From NCBI GenBank assembly GCA_001769505.1, contig MEOF01000050.1, positions 8,962 to 72,961 on the forward strand: a DNA stretch of 64,000 nucleotides. The letters are read 5' to 3'. The notes under the pieces are model-generated. The model saw nothing but the letters and a program-made list of their open reading frames with translations. It was not told the origin of the DNA and did no database searches. Source of the stretch: Bacteroidetes bacterium GWF2_33_38. Its GTDB lineage: Bacteria > Bacteroidota > Bacteroidia > Bacteroidales > GWF2-33-38. Shown here piece after piece: positions 30,346 to 40,157 of the stretch (the first letter of the stretch is position 1; each line of letters opens with the position of its first letter). A program made the translations under genes and the position numbers.

Positions 30346-32463
30346 CTAGCTTAATTCTATCGTAATTTTTTGTCCTTTTATAATAGGTTCATTCGGATTA
30401 ATCGATTGTCGATAAACGCTTCCTCTACCTATAATCGAAACGTTTAATCCCAAGTTCTCAAGAATGAATGTCGCATCTTTTGCCCCCATTCCTTTAACAT
30501 TCGGAACATAATTTTCTCGAATAACTCTGTTTGCAATATTTATCATTGAATCAACATATTGAGTAACTACCCATTTTGAATTGACATTATCGTTTTTATA
30601 TGGAACTTTGAACTCGTCAAGCAATTTGGTAAGTTCGTTTCTATCTCCATATTTAATATGTGGAATATCAATGTTTGCTTTTTCTGCCAATTCGTTTATT
30701 TTAGGATGAATTTCTAGGCTGGTTGCATAAACCTTGTCTGCAATTTCTCTGAAAACGGGTCCAGCTACGACATTTCCATAATATACATCATTTGAAGGAG
30801 CATTAACCACTACGATACATGAGTATTTTGGATTATCAGCAGGAAAATATCCACAGAATGAGGCTTGATATTGTTTTTGATAACCTAATTTTTTATTTGC
30901 AATCTTCGCAGTACCTGTTTTTCCTGCAATTTTGTATGTGGCATTTTTTATGTTTGTCGCTGTTCCTTTTTCGACTACTCCTTCTAGCATTTTTTTGGCT
31001 TTTTCAATAGTTTCGATAGAGCAAATCGAAGGATTTATAATTTCTGATTCGAAAGTTTTGATTATTTTTCCATGCGAGCGTAGAGCTTTTACAAAAATTG
31101 GTTTGAGCATTTTCCCATTATTTGCTACGGCATTGTAAAAAGTTAAAATTTGCAAGGGCGTTAGTTTAACTTCGTAGCCAATCGACATTTGAGGAAGAGA
31201 TACGCCTGACCATAACGAATCCTCTGGCGATTTTATGTAAGGTTTTCCTTCTCCTTTGATTTCTAAATCTAACATTTCGTTAAGATTCATCTTGTAAAGA
31301 CGGTTTACAAATTGAGTTTCTTTTCCAGTATAGTGTTCAGTAATGATTTTTGAAACACCGACATTCGACGATTTTTCAAAAATTTCTTGTACCGTAATTT
31401 TTCCATAACCTCCTTCATGTGAATCTTTCATAACATGATCGTAATATTTAACTACACCATTTCCTGTTTCAATGCTATCTTCTAGATTTACATATCCATC
31501 TTCGAAAGCAACCATAAGTGTTGCAAGCTTAAAGGTTGAGCCTGGCTCAGTACTTGCCCCAATTCCGAAATTGTATAATTCATGATATTGTCCGGTAAGA
31601 GTATCAAGTTTTAAATTCGCAATTGCTTTTATTTCGCCAGTTTCAACTTCCATCAAAATTGCAGTCCCATACTGTGCATTGTTTTTTTTGAGTTGCTCGT
31701 ATAATGCACTTTCAGCTACATCTTGAATGTTTACATCAATCGTCGTAATTACGTCATATCCATCTTTAGGCTCTACTTCGTTTCCATCGTTTATGGGCAT
31801 CCAAATATTTCCTGCGAGCCTTTGCATTAAACGAATTCCCTGAACTCCTTTTAATTCTGAATTAAATGCTCCTTCGATTCCAGTTTGACCTTCTTTGATA
31901 CCGTTTTTGGTTTCGTACAATTGTCCAATCGTTCTTGATGCCAAATCTAGAAATGGTTTTACTCGTTTATTTAATTGAACGACGATTAAGCCTCCTGAAT
32001 TCTGACCTAAGCGATAAATCGGAAATTGTTTAAGCTTTTTGAGTTCAATGTATGTTGCTTGCCTTCGAATTAAATGATATCTCTTTTGTGCTTGTCTTGC
32101 TTTTTTTAATTCTTGTTTGTATTGTGCTTGAGTTTTATCTTTAAACAAATTTGATAAATAGTAGCTTAGCGAATCGATACTATTATTAAATACATCTTCT
32201 GTTAAACCATTGCAAATTAAATCCATACGAATTTCATACAAAGGAACAGAACTGGATAAAAGTCGTCCATCAGAAGCACAAATATCTCCTCGGTTTGGCT
32301 CAATAATTAGTGTTTTTTCGGTTAGGTCTGTCGATTTTCGATTCCATTTGTCGTGTTCAGCTATTTGCAAATAAAGAATACGGCTTACAATGATAATGGC
32401 AAAGACCAAAATCAATAAGTAAACGGCTGTAACACGCCATATTATATCTTTTTTCGCATCCAT
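30346..32463 (-). CDS. ftsI: Division transpeptidase PBP3 with C-terminal PASTA domain
   Basis: STFK, SSN, KTG motifs; dcw position. Confidence 0.95.
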   Translation of the reverse strand: MDAKKDIIWRVTAVYLLILVFAIIIVSRILYLQIAEHDKWNRKSTDLTEKTLIIEPNRGDICASDGRLLSSSVPLYEIRMDLICNGLTEDVFNNSIDSLSYYLSNLFKDKTQAQYKQELKKARQAQKRYHLIRRQATYIELKKLKQFPIYRLGQNSGGLIVVQLNKRVKPFLDLASRTIGQLYETKNGIKEGQTGIEGAFNSELKGVQGIRLMQRLAGNIWMPINDGNEVEPKDGYDVITTIDVNIQDVAESALYEQLKKNNAQYGTAILMEVETGEIKAIANLKLDTLTGQYHELYNFGIGASTEPGSTFKLATLMVAFEDGYVNLEDSIETGNGVVKYYDHVMKDSHEGGYGKITVQEIFEKSSNVGVSKIITEHYTGKETQFVNRLYKMNLNEMLDLEIKGEGKPYIKSPEDSLWSGVSLPQMSIGYEVKLTPLQILTFYNAVANNGKMLKPIFVKALRSHGKIIKTFESEIINPSICSIETIEKAKKMLEGVVEKGTATNIKNATYKIAGKTGTAKIANKKLGYQKQYQASFCGYFPADNPKYSCIVVVNAPSNDVYYGNVVAGPVFREIADKVYATSLEIHPKINELAEKANIDIPHIKYGDRNELTKLLDEFKVPYKNDNVNSKWVVTQYVDSMINIANRVIRENYVPNVKGMGAKDATFILENLGLNVSIIGRGSVYRQSINPNEPIIKGQKITIELS

Positions 32464-32810
32464 TATTTTTTCACTGCAATAATTATTGGAGGTTCAACTG
32501 ATTCGGTTAAATCAAGATTATTCGCTTTAACTAAATTGGAAACTTCTGATTGTTTGCTTATGTACATTAATTCCGAAGCGGTTGCAATTGATTCGGATCG
32601 GAGTTCTTTTACTTGTGCTTGAAGTTTTGTTGTTTCTCTAATTATTTTTTCAGCATGGTAACGATTGCCTATATACAAAATGGCAATAAATGTTAAAAAA
32701 ATGATGTATGGAAGTTGTTTGATAACCCATTCTTTAGTAAGAACAGAACCGTCAATTACGTCTCTGATTCCTCCTTTTTGTTCGCCTGTTGGTTTATCGG
32801 TTTCTTTCAT
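32463..32810 (-). CDS. ftsL: FtsL-like cell division protein
   Basis: TM plus coiled coil, between rsmH and ftsI. Confidence 0.85.
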   Translation of the reverse strand: MKETDKPTGEQKGGIRDVIDGSVLTKEWVIKQLPYIIFLTFIAILYIGNRYHAEKIIRETTKLQAQVKELRSESIATASELMYISKQSEVSNLVKANNLDLTESVEPPIIIAVKK

Positions 32811-32824
32811 TTTTTTAATGTCAT

Positions 32825-33721
32825 TTATCTTTTTTGAGCTATCCGAAGTTTTGCACTTCTTGCTCTGTTATTTCGTTCAATTTCCTCCTCAGAAGGAATG
32901 ATTAACTTTCTATTTACAGCCTCAAAAGGTTCTGATGTATTTCCATACATGTCTTTATCCTGTTTTCCTTCGAAATCGCCACTTTTGATATAGTTTTTAA
33001 CCAATCGATCTTCTAGCGAATGGTACGAAAGAATTACTAGTCTGCCGTTTGGTTTAAGCGTCAAGGCTGTTTGTAACAGCATTTCTTTCAATACATCTAT
33101 TTCTTCGTTAACCGCTATTCGAATTGCCTGAAAAACCTTAGCGTAAAATTTATACTCGCTGAATTTTGGGGCATAAGGCTCAATCGCTTCGATTAAATTT
33201 CCTGTTGTTTTTAAGGGGGCGTTTTCTCTGTATTTAATCACGGCATTTGCAACTTGTTTGCTGTTTGTAATCTCGCCATACAGTGAAAATATCTTAACAA
33301 GATTTTCGAAGTTGTAAGTATTTAAAAGAACTTTAGCCGATATTTTTGCTCTATTGTCCATTCTCATATCAAGTTCGGCATCGTGTCGAAACGAAAACCC
33401 TCTTTTGGGACTGTCAATTTGATGCGATGAAACACCCAAATCGGCAAGAATCCCATCTACTTTTTCAAATTTGTTCAGTTTCAAAAAATTTCGGAAGAAC
33501 CTAAAGTTTTGATTAATGAAAATGAATCGTTTGTCGTTCAAAACATTAATCGCACTATCTGAATCTTGATCAAAAGCGATAAGTTTGCCTTCAGTAAGTC
33601 GTTTCAGAATTTCTGAAGAATGCCCTCCGCTTCCAAATGTCAAATCAACGTATATTCCTTTTGGGTTTATGTCTAGCCCTTCTATGCACTCATTTAATAA
33701 AACAGGTTCATGGTACATCAT
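32825..33721 (-). CDS. rsmH: 16S rRNA m4C1402 methyltransferase
   Basis: HEPVL, DLGVSS, FQAIRI.VN, YHSLEDR, RARSAKLR. Confidence 0.98.
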   Translation of the reverse strand: MMYHEPVLLNECIEGLDINPKGIYVDLTFGSGGHSSEILKRLTEGKLIAFDQDSDSAINVLNDKRFIFINQNFRFFRNFLKLNKFEKVDGILADLGVSSHQIDSPKRGFSFRHDAELDMRMDNRAKISAKVLLNTYNFENLVKIFSLYGEITNSKQVANAVIKYRENAPLKTTGNLIEAIEPYAPKFSEYKFYAKVFQAIRIAVNEEIDVLKEMLLQTALTLKPNGRLVILSYHSLEDRLVKNYIKSGDFEGKQDKDMYGNTSEPFEAVNRKLIIPSEEEIERNNRARSAKLRIAQKR

Positions 33722-34194
33722 TCTGCAATGCGGTCGTTAGAAGTTCCACCCATTATTTTTTCTGCTAAAGCAGCAAAATCATCTTCGCTTGTTCCTTTGT
33801 CCATTTGATTGTAAAGTTCTTGCGACCAAATTTCAATTTTTTCGTCTTGACCAAGCAATACAACATCTTTGTTGATTGAAACTAAGTCAGTAAGTCGTTT
33901 AGGAAGAAGAAGCCGATTTACATTATCAAGTGACAATTCTGCCATGTTTTTAAACAAGCCTCGAATAAACTCATTGTGTTTGCGATTATATGGATTCGTG
34001 TTTTTTCGAATTAGCTCGATTTGACGAGTCCATTCATCCATCGGGTAAAGAACAAGACAGTTTTCGAAAATGTCTTTTTTGACGACAAATCGGTCTTGAG
34101 CTCCTGCATCTAATTGCTTTTTAAAAGCCGATGGTAGCACAAGTCGGTTTTTAACATCAATCTTACATATGTAATCTCCAATAAAGGTTGTCAT
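33718..34194 (-). CDS. mraZ: Division/cell wall cluster repressor MraZ
   Basis: Two DxxxR motifs (DVKNR, DNVNR), IEIW; first gene of the dcw cluster. Confidence 0.95.
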   Translation of the reverse strand: MTTFIGDYICKIDVKNRLVLPSAFKKQLDAGAQDRFVVKKDIFENCLVLYPMDEWTRQIELIRKNTNPYNRKHNEFIRGLFKNMAELSLDNVNRLLLPKRLTDLVSINKDVVLLGQDEKIEIWSQELYNQMDKGTSEDDFAALAEKIMGGTSNDRIAE

Positions 34195-34234
34195 CGTTAT
34201 TTATTTTGAGCATTGTAAAAATATAAATAAATTT

Positions 34235-34270
34235 CCCACTTCCAACCACAATTATCCACTTTTCCCCACT
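34235..34270 (-). promoter_or_regulatory. MraZ operator: four GTGG(G) boxes at 10-bp period
   Basis: cccac/accac/tccac/cccac at 34235, 34245, 34255, 34265, upstream of mraZ. Confidence 0.85.
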
Positions 34271-34441
34271 TTGTTAATAACTTTTTTACATTATTAATTT
34301 CTGAATTTTTCAGAACCCTTGTAAAATCAGGGATTTCGATAAATTGAAATAAGTATTGAAAAGTGGGAGTGAGTTATTGGATGAAGATTCTGAGAAAAAA
34401 CAATACTTTTTGCTTATTTTTGGTTCGAAATAGAATGAGAT

Positions 34442-35293
34442 ATGATAAAAGAGAAAAAGTCGAATGATTTTCAACTAGTTGATGTAGAAAATATTATAAG
34501 GATTAAAAATCCAAAAATTCTAAAGTTTTTGCCTCGTTTTGTGATTCGATACTTGAAAAGAATTATTCATCAAGATGAAATAAATAAATTTATAACTGAT
34601 AATAAAGACAACTTTGGACTTGACTTCGTGCATTCATATATTAAAACTTTTAATGTTGGAGTGAACCTTGTGGGAAAGGAAAATATACCTTCTTCGGGGA
34701 AATTTATTTTTGTTTCGAATCATCCGCTTGGAGGAATGGAAAGCATGGTTTTGATGGCAGCTATTTCTGAAAAATTCGAAAAGCAAAAATTCATGGTAAA
34801 TGATATTTTGATGTATTTAAAAAACTTACAAGAAGTTTTTTTACCAATAAATAAACATGGCAAAAATCCTCAGGATTATGTCAAACAACTTGACGAAGCA
34901 TTTAATTCCGATGCTCAAATTTTGATTTTTCCTGCAGGCATGGTTTCTCGGAAAATTAAAGGTAAAATTGTTGATTTGGAATGGAAAAAAAGTTTTATTA
35001 CGTCTGCTAAAAAGTATAATCGTGATATAATTCCTGTGTATATTGAGGCTCGAAATTCAAACTTTTTTTATCGATTATCGAACATTCGAAAAATGCTTGG
35101 AATAAAAGCCAATATTGAAATGTTGTATTTAGTTGATGAAATGTTTAAACAACGCGGAAACACGATAAGTTTATATTTCGGGAATTCGATTTCGATTGAT
35201 TTTTTTGATAAAAGTAAATCGGCTGTTGAGTGGGCAAATTATGTTAAAAAGATTGTTTACAATTTGCCAAAAGCACAGAGACAAAATAATTAA
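34442..35293 (+). CDS. PlsC-family acyltransferase, probable amino-lipid O-acyltransferase (GlsA-like)
   Basis: SNHPLGG, IFPAG.VSR; paired with a GNAT gene divergent from mraZ. Confidence 0.8.
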   Translation: MIKEKKSNDFQLVDVENIIRIKNPKILKFLPRFVIRYLKRIIHQDEINKFITDNKDNFGLDFVHSYIKTFNVGVNLVGKENIPSSGKFIFVSNHPLGGMESMVLMAAISEKFEKQKFMVNDILMYLKNLQEVFLPINKHGKNPQDYVKQLDEAFNSDAQILIFPAGMVSRKIKGKIVDLEWKKSFITSAKKYNRDIIPVYIEARNSNFFYRLSNIRKMLGIKANIEMLYLVDEMFKQRGNTISLYFGNSISIDFFDKSKSAVEWANYVKKIVYNLPKAQRQNN

Positions 35294-35365
35294 GATGATT
35301 TTACGAAGAAAATTATTATTTTTATCACATATTTCACAAAATTCATATAATCCCTCTGATAAAAT

Positions 35366-36313
35366 ATGCAACAAATTATCCCAGCTGTTCCGAGAGAGTT
35401 AATAGAAAAAGAGTTAAACAAAGATACATTCTTGCGTTTTTCTAATTTTGGGAACAAAGAATTGTACTCCGTTTCGTTTCACGATTCTCCAAATACGATG
35501 AGGGAAATAGGTCGTTTACGTGAAATTACATTCCGAAACGCAGGTGGAGGTACAGGTAAGGAAATGGATATTGACGAATACGATACGGCCGAAAATCCAT
35601 ATCGTCAACTAATTGTTTGGGATTCAGAAGTTAAAGAAATATTGGGTGGATACAGATATATTTTGTGTAAGAATGCTCCTATTGATAAAAATGGAAATGT
35701 TAAACTTGCTACATCGGGATTGTTAAAATATTCTGAAAAATTTGTACGTGAATATTTGCCTAGTGTAATTGAACTTGGGCGTTCATTTGTACGCTCTGAT
35801 TATCAATCAACATCAAATGAACGAAAGAATTTATTTGTACTCGATAATCTGTGGGATGGACTTGGAGCATTGATTGTTAAAAATCCAGATATACATTATC
35901 TTTTTGGAAAAGTAACTATGTACACAAGTTATAATCAAAAAGCTCGTGATTTTATCTTATATTTTTTGAAAACATTTTTTCCCGATAAAGATAAGTTGAT
36001 TACACCATACAATCCACTTGGTTTACATAGCGATGAGGCTGAACTGAAAGCTGTTTTTACCGGATTAAACTATGCCGAAAATTATAAAATATTATCGGCG
36101 AAAGTGCGTGAATATGGCGAAAATATTCCTCCTTTGATTAATTCGTACATGAACCTTTCATCAACCATGATGACCTTTGGAACTTCGTTAAATAAAACAT
36201 TTGGAGATGTTGAGGAAACCGGAATTTTAGTCAATATAAACGACATGCTACCCTCAAAAACCGAACGACATATCGAAACCTATAAAAAAGAACTGCTAAG
36301 TCGGAAGTATTAG
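35366..36313 (+). CDS. GNAT-family amino-lipid N-acyltransferase (GlsB/OlsB-like)
   Basis: EIGRLREITFR, ILGGYR, IELGRSF, IPPLINSYM. Confidence 0.82.
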   Translation: MQQIIPAVPRELIEKELNKDTFLRFSNFGNKELYSVSFHDSPNTMREIGRLREITFRNAGGGTGKEMDIDEYDTAENPYRQLIVWDSEVKEILGGYRYILCKNAPIDKNGNVKLATSGLLKYSEKFVREYLPSVIELGRSFVRSDYQSTSNERKNLFVLDNLWDGLGALIVKNPDIHYLFGKVTMYTSYNQKARDFILYFLKTFFPDKDKLITPYNPLGLHSDEAELKAVFTGLNYAENYKILSAKVREYGENIPPLINSYMNLSSTMMTFGTSLNKTFGDVEETGILVNINDMLPSKTERHIETYKKELLSRKY

Positions 36314-36403
36314 GGCGGATATAATCTTTACCTGCAAGCACGCAAATAAAGGGAGTGTTAATGAAATGAAACGGAAGATTGAAAGTAAGCAGGATTTTAA
36401 TAT

Positions 36404-37030
36404 ATGAAAAAAAATCTAAAAATATTTTTTCTATTTCTTTTCTTTATAGTAATCGTTTCAACGCTTTTTCTGTTTTCGCAGAATACGACACAGTTGAAAG
36501 AAGACAATTTACGGTTTGAAGAGAAAGTAAAAGACGCTTTAACTTTTTGTGAAACAAATGATTACAACACCGATTTTTGTATTTTGATAGATATGAAAAT
36601 TCATTCAGGGAAGTATCGTATGTTTATTTATGATTTCAAAAGCAAAAAAGTGGAAAGGCAGTCTTTGTGTGCTCATGGGTGTGGAAAAAACGACTTGACA
36701 AGTACAGGAGCTCAACCTTTTTTCAGTAATGAAGAAGGGAGTTTATTAACATCGCTTGGAAAATATAAAATAGGTGCTCGTTCATACAGTCAGTGGGGAA
36801 TTAATGTGCATTATAAATTGCATGGCTTGGAAGCGAGCAATAATAATGCTTATAAACGCAATGTCGTGCTTCATTCTCATTCACCTGTTCCTACTGTTGA
36901 AATTTATCCCTTGCATATGCCTATGGGTTGGAGTTATGGATGTCCCGTTATAGACAATTCGACAATGTCCTACCTAGATGCCAAACTGAAAAATACTAAA
37001 AAATCGGTACTTCTATGGATTTATTCCTAA
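36404..37030 (+). CDS. Murein L,D-transpeptidase catalytic domain protein
   Basis: N-terminal TM; AHG, FSNEEGS..TSLG, VVLH...SYGCP. Confidence 0.85.
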   Translation: MKKNLKIFFLFLFFIVIVSTLFLFSQNTTQLKEDNLRFEEKVKDALTFCETNDYNTDFCILIDMKIHSGKYRMFIYDFKSKKVERQSLCAHGCGKNDLTSTGAQPFFSNEEGSLLTSLGKYKIGARSYSQWGINVHYKLHGLEASNNNAYKRNVVLHSHSPVPTVEIYPLHMPMGWSYGCPVIDNSTMSYLDAKLKNTKKSVLLWIYS

Positions 37031-37094
37031 CAAAAAGGTAATAATATTTGGAGTCTAAAAACTGCGTCTCAATTTGTAATTCCCAACCCCGTCC

Positions 37095-38390
37095 CTACTT
37101 GTTGTAAAGAATTTCTATTTTATCAATGGTTTCAGCAAAAGAGACTTGTTTTATCAAATTTAATTCAGGAAAATCATAGGTGTAAATAGTATTTGCTGAA
37201 TACATAATGATTTCGCTGTTTATTTCGTCGAAAATAATTTTTGTTGCATCAATTCCGCTTAATACTTCGGTTAAACTCGAATAGATAAAATTGAATTTGT
37301 ACAATGAATTATTGGCAATGATATAAGCTATGTTCGTTCCTATTTTTACCGAAGAGTGATAATTGGTTTCCGGTAGCGAAATAATTTCGTCAATCATATC
37401 GTAATAAATTGAGTAAGACTTAATCAATAAAGTGTCTTCTTTCTGTCCGATTAAATATAAAATTTCATTGTTTCTGTCAATAATATTTTGAACATCAAAG
37501 TTTGAATAAATTGAAGTCAAGGCAGCTCCTGATGTATAATTAGCCGTTGCAAATTTATTAATTCCGCCAACACCTTGTGCTGTAATTGCGACAAGGTCGT
37601 TGAATTTGAAAAATTTTACTGGGCTTAGGTTTTCGTCAGAAATATACAATGTTTTTCGAACAGTTCCATCGTTATCAATTCCTATAATTGAACTTTTGTT
37701 TTGAGAAACAAAGGCATAATTATCGAACATTTTAGTTGTTCCTTTATAAATATCTGTAATTGCATTGTATATATCTTCTTTTTGCCAAACCGACGTTCCG
37801 TTTTCAAATTCGTATGCAGAAATACTCTCGTTTGTTTTGCCAGTAAAGTATATTTGTTTATTATGCGAACTTATTGTAGCATCGGCAATTGCATCTTGAA
37901 TAGACAATATCAATTCGCTCCCCAACGAGTCGGATAATTTATACACATTTGTAGAATTTTCATCGGTATGTGAAAAAATAATCAATCCTTCTTTAACTTT
38001 CGGAATTTCTGAAATATATAAGCTTGTAAAAGACTTCGTTTCGTTGCTTCCATCTGATGCTTTAACCAATAAATAATATTTTCCAGAAACCAAATATTGA
38101 TTAGAAATCACAAAATTTTCATTTAGTTCATAAGTGTCGCTATTGGGATTAATCGTGATAGATGTAGACTGTGAAACATTATTATCATCAACAATATTTA
38201 TTTGGATTGAAACAATCTCTTCATCGTCTGTTATCATTCCTGAAATATGAATTGTGTCAACAACATCAATGCTTGAATTTTGAGTCGGCGTTTGAATTGA
38301 AATAATAGGCTTAACATTGTCGATTTCATCTTTACATGAAAAAAATAAAATACTAAAGAGAGCAAATAATGCTATGTGTTTTATATTCAT
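37095..38390 (-). CDS. Hypothetical lipoprotein (Ig-like domain plus probable beta-rich region)
   Basis: Lipobox FFSC-KDE; start placed at MNIKH (ATG 38390). Confidence 0.7.
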   Translation of the reverse strand: MNIKHIALFALFSILFFSCKDEIDNVKPIISIQTPTQNSSIDVVDTIHISGMITDDEEIVSIQINIVDDNNVSQSTSITINPNSDTYELNENFVISNQYLVSGKYYLLVKASDGSNETKSFTSLYISEIPKVKEGLIIFSHTDENSTNVYKLSDSLGSELILSIQDAIADATISSHNKQIYFTGKTNESISAYEFENGTSVWQKEDIYNAITDIYKGTTKMFDNYAFVSQNKSSIIGIDNDGTVRKTLYISDENLSPVKFFKFNDLVAITAQGVGGINKFATANYTSGAALTSIYSNFDVQNIIDRNNEILYLIGQKEDTLLIKSYSIYYDMIDEIISLPETNYHSSVKIGTNIAYIIANNSLYKFNFIYSSLTEVLSGIDATKIIFDEINSEIIMYSANTIYTYDFPELNLIKQVSFAETIDKIEILYNK

Positions 38391-38544
38391 GATATTATAC
38401 TCGGTTTTTTTAGCTTTAAATCTCTCATTAAAAGTATATAAAAATATTAACAAATTTTCAACACAAAAATAGTTAGTAAAACGATTCATTATTTATACAA
38501 TCCCGCATTTATATTTGTTATTTTTGGATACGAAATTTAAGCAA

Positions 38545-40086
38545 ATGATTGATAAAAACAAAAACGATAAGTTTTCAAAACAAAAGAAAAACAGTTCAAT
38601 TACTAGTGAAACTGTATTAGAAATGGGAAAAATTCCTCCACAGGCTATTGATTTGGAGGAAGCTGTGCTAGGTGCGATAATGCTCGAAAAAGACGCTTTA
38701 ATTACCATTTTAGATATTTTAAAACCCGAGAGTTTTTATAAAGCTGAACATCAAAAAATTTATGATGTAATTCGAGATTTATCGAAAGAAAATCAAGCGG
38801 TTGATATTCTGACTGTAAAAGAAGAGTTGCGAAAAAGAGGCGAGTTGGATTCTGTTGGAGGGGCTTATTATATTACTCAACTTACCAATCGAGTTGCTTC
38901 GGCAGCTCACGTCGAATTTCATGCACGAATAGTTGCACAAAAATATATTCAACGCGAATTAATACGTATTTCAAGTGAAATTCAAACGCTTTCTTTCGAC
39001 GATTCGGTAGATGTGCTTGAACTACTTGACTTTGCTGAAAATGCAATTTTTGAAATTGCCGAAGGAAATATTAAAAAAGAAGTAACCAAAATTAATGTTT
39101 TAATCGACAAAGCAATTAAAGAAATTGAAGCCGCAGGGAAGAAAGAAGATGGTTTGAGCGGAGTTCCCTCAGGTTTTACTGGAATTGATAGAATTACTTC
39201 CGGTTGGCAGCGTTCCGATTTAGTAGTTATAGCTGCACGCCCGTCGATGGGTAAAACAGCTTTTGTTTTATCAATGGCCAGAAACATGGCTGTTAATCAT
39301 AAACGCCCCATTGCCCTTTTCTCGCTTGAAATGTCGTCGCTTCAGCTAGTTAATCGATTAATTGTAAGCGAAACCGAACTTGCTGCCGATAAAGTTAGAA
39401 ATGGAAGACTAGAAGATTTTGAATGGCAGCAACTCGAAACAAAAGTCAAATCTCTAATCGCGGCTCCTATTTATATTGACGATACACCTGCAATTTCATT
39501 ATTTGAGCTTCGGGCAAAATGCCGTAGATTAAAAGCTCAACACGATATTCAACTTATTATTATCGACTATCTTCAACTTATGACAGCAGGTTCTGATATG
39601 AGAGGAAACAGAGAACAAGAGGTTAGCATCATTTCTCGTTCGCTTAAGGCAATTGCTAAGGAATTAGAGGTGCCGGTAATTGCATTATCACAGTTAAATC
39701 GTTCGGTCGAAATGAGGTCGGGAGACAAGCGTCCACAACTTTCCGATCTTCGCGAATCGGGAGCTATTGAGCAAGATGCTGATATTGTTCTTTTTATCCA
39801 TCGACCTGAAAGGTATGGATTACTCGAATTTGAAGATGGCTCTGAAACTAAAGGAATGGCAGAAATAATCATAGCAAAACATCGAAACGGAGCAATAGGA
39901 GACGTAAGGTTGAGATTCAGAAATGAATATGCTCGATTCGAAGATTATGCCCATGATTTTTCGGGTGATAATACATTTGGTCAAGAACCGGCAGTTACAT
40001 ATAAATCGAAAATGAATCAGGAAGAAATACCTTCTGATTTAATTCAGCCCAACAAAGGGTTTGATAATGAAGCTGCTCCATTTTAA
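38545..40086 (+). CDS. dnaB: Replicative DNA helicase
   Basis: PPQA.DLEEAVLG, AARPSMGKT, IIDYLQL, LRESGAIEQDAD; no intein visible; start placed at ATG 38545. Confidence 0.99.
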   Translation: MIDKNKNDKFSKQKKNSSITSETVLEMGKIPPQAIDLEEAVLGAIMLEKDALITILDILKPESFYKAEHQKIYDVIRDLSKENQAVDILTVKEELRKRGELDSVGGAYYITQLTNRVASAAHVEFHARIVAQKYIQRELIRISSEIQTLSFDDSVDVLELLDFAENAIFEIAEGNIKKEVTKINVLIDKAIKEIEAAGKKEDGLSGVPSGFTGIDRITSGWQRSDLVVIAARPSMGKTAFVLSMARNMAVNHKRPIALFSLEMSSLQLVNRLIVSETELAADKVRNGRLEDFEWQQLETKVKSLIAAPIYIDDTPAISLFELRAKCRRLKAQHDIQLIIIDYLQLMTAGSDMRGNREQEVSIISRSLKAIAKELEVPVIALSQLNRSVEMRSGDKRPQLSDLRESGAIEQDADIVLFIHRPERYGLLEFEDGSETKGMAEIIIAKHRNGAIGDVRLRFRNEYARFEDYAHDFSGDNTFGQEPAVTYKSKMNQEEIPSDLIQPNKGFDNEAAPF

Positions 40087-40157
40087 ATTTAGCAAATATT
40101 AACCTTTGAATTTTGAAGATTTCATGCGATTAACGTAACTTTGTTTAAAACAACAAA

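Noticed and set aside
38545-40086. Intein in DnaB
   Set aside because: Normal length with contiguous helicase motifs
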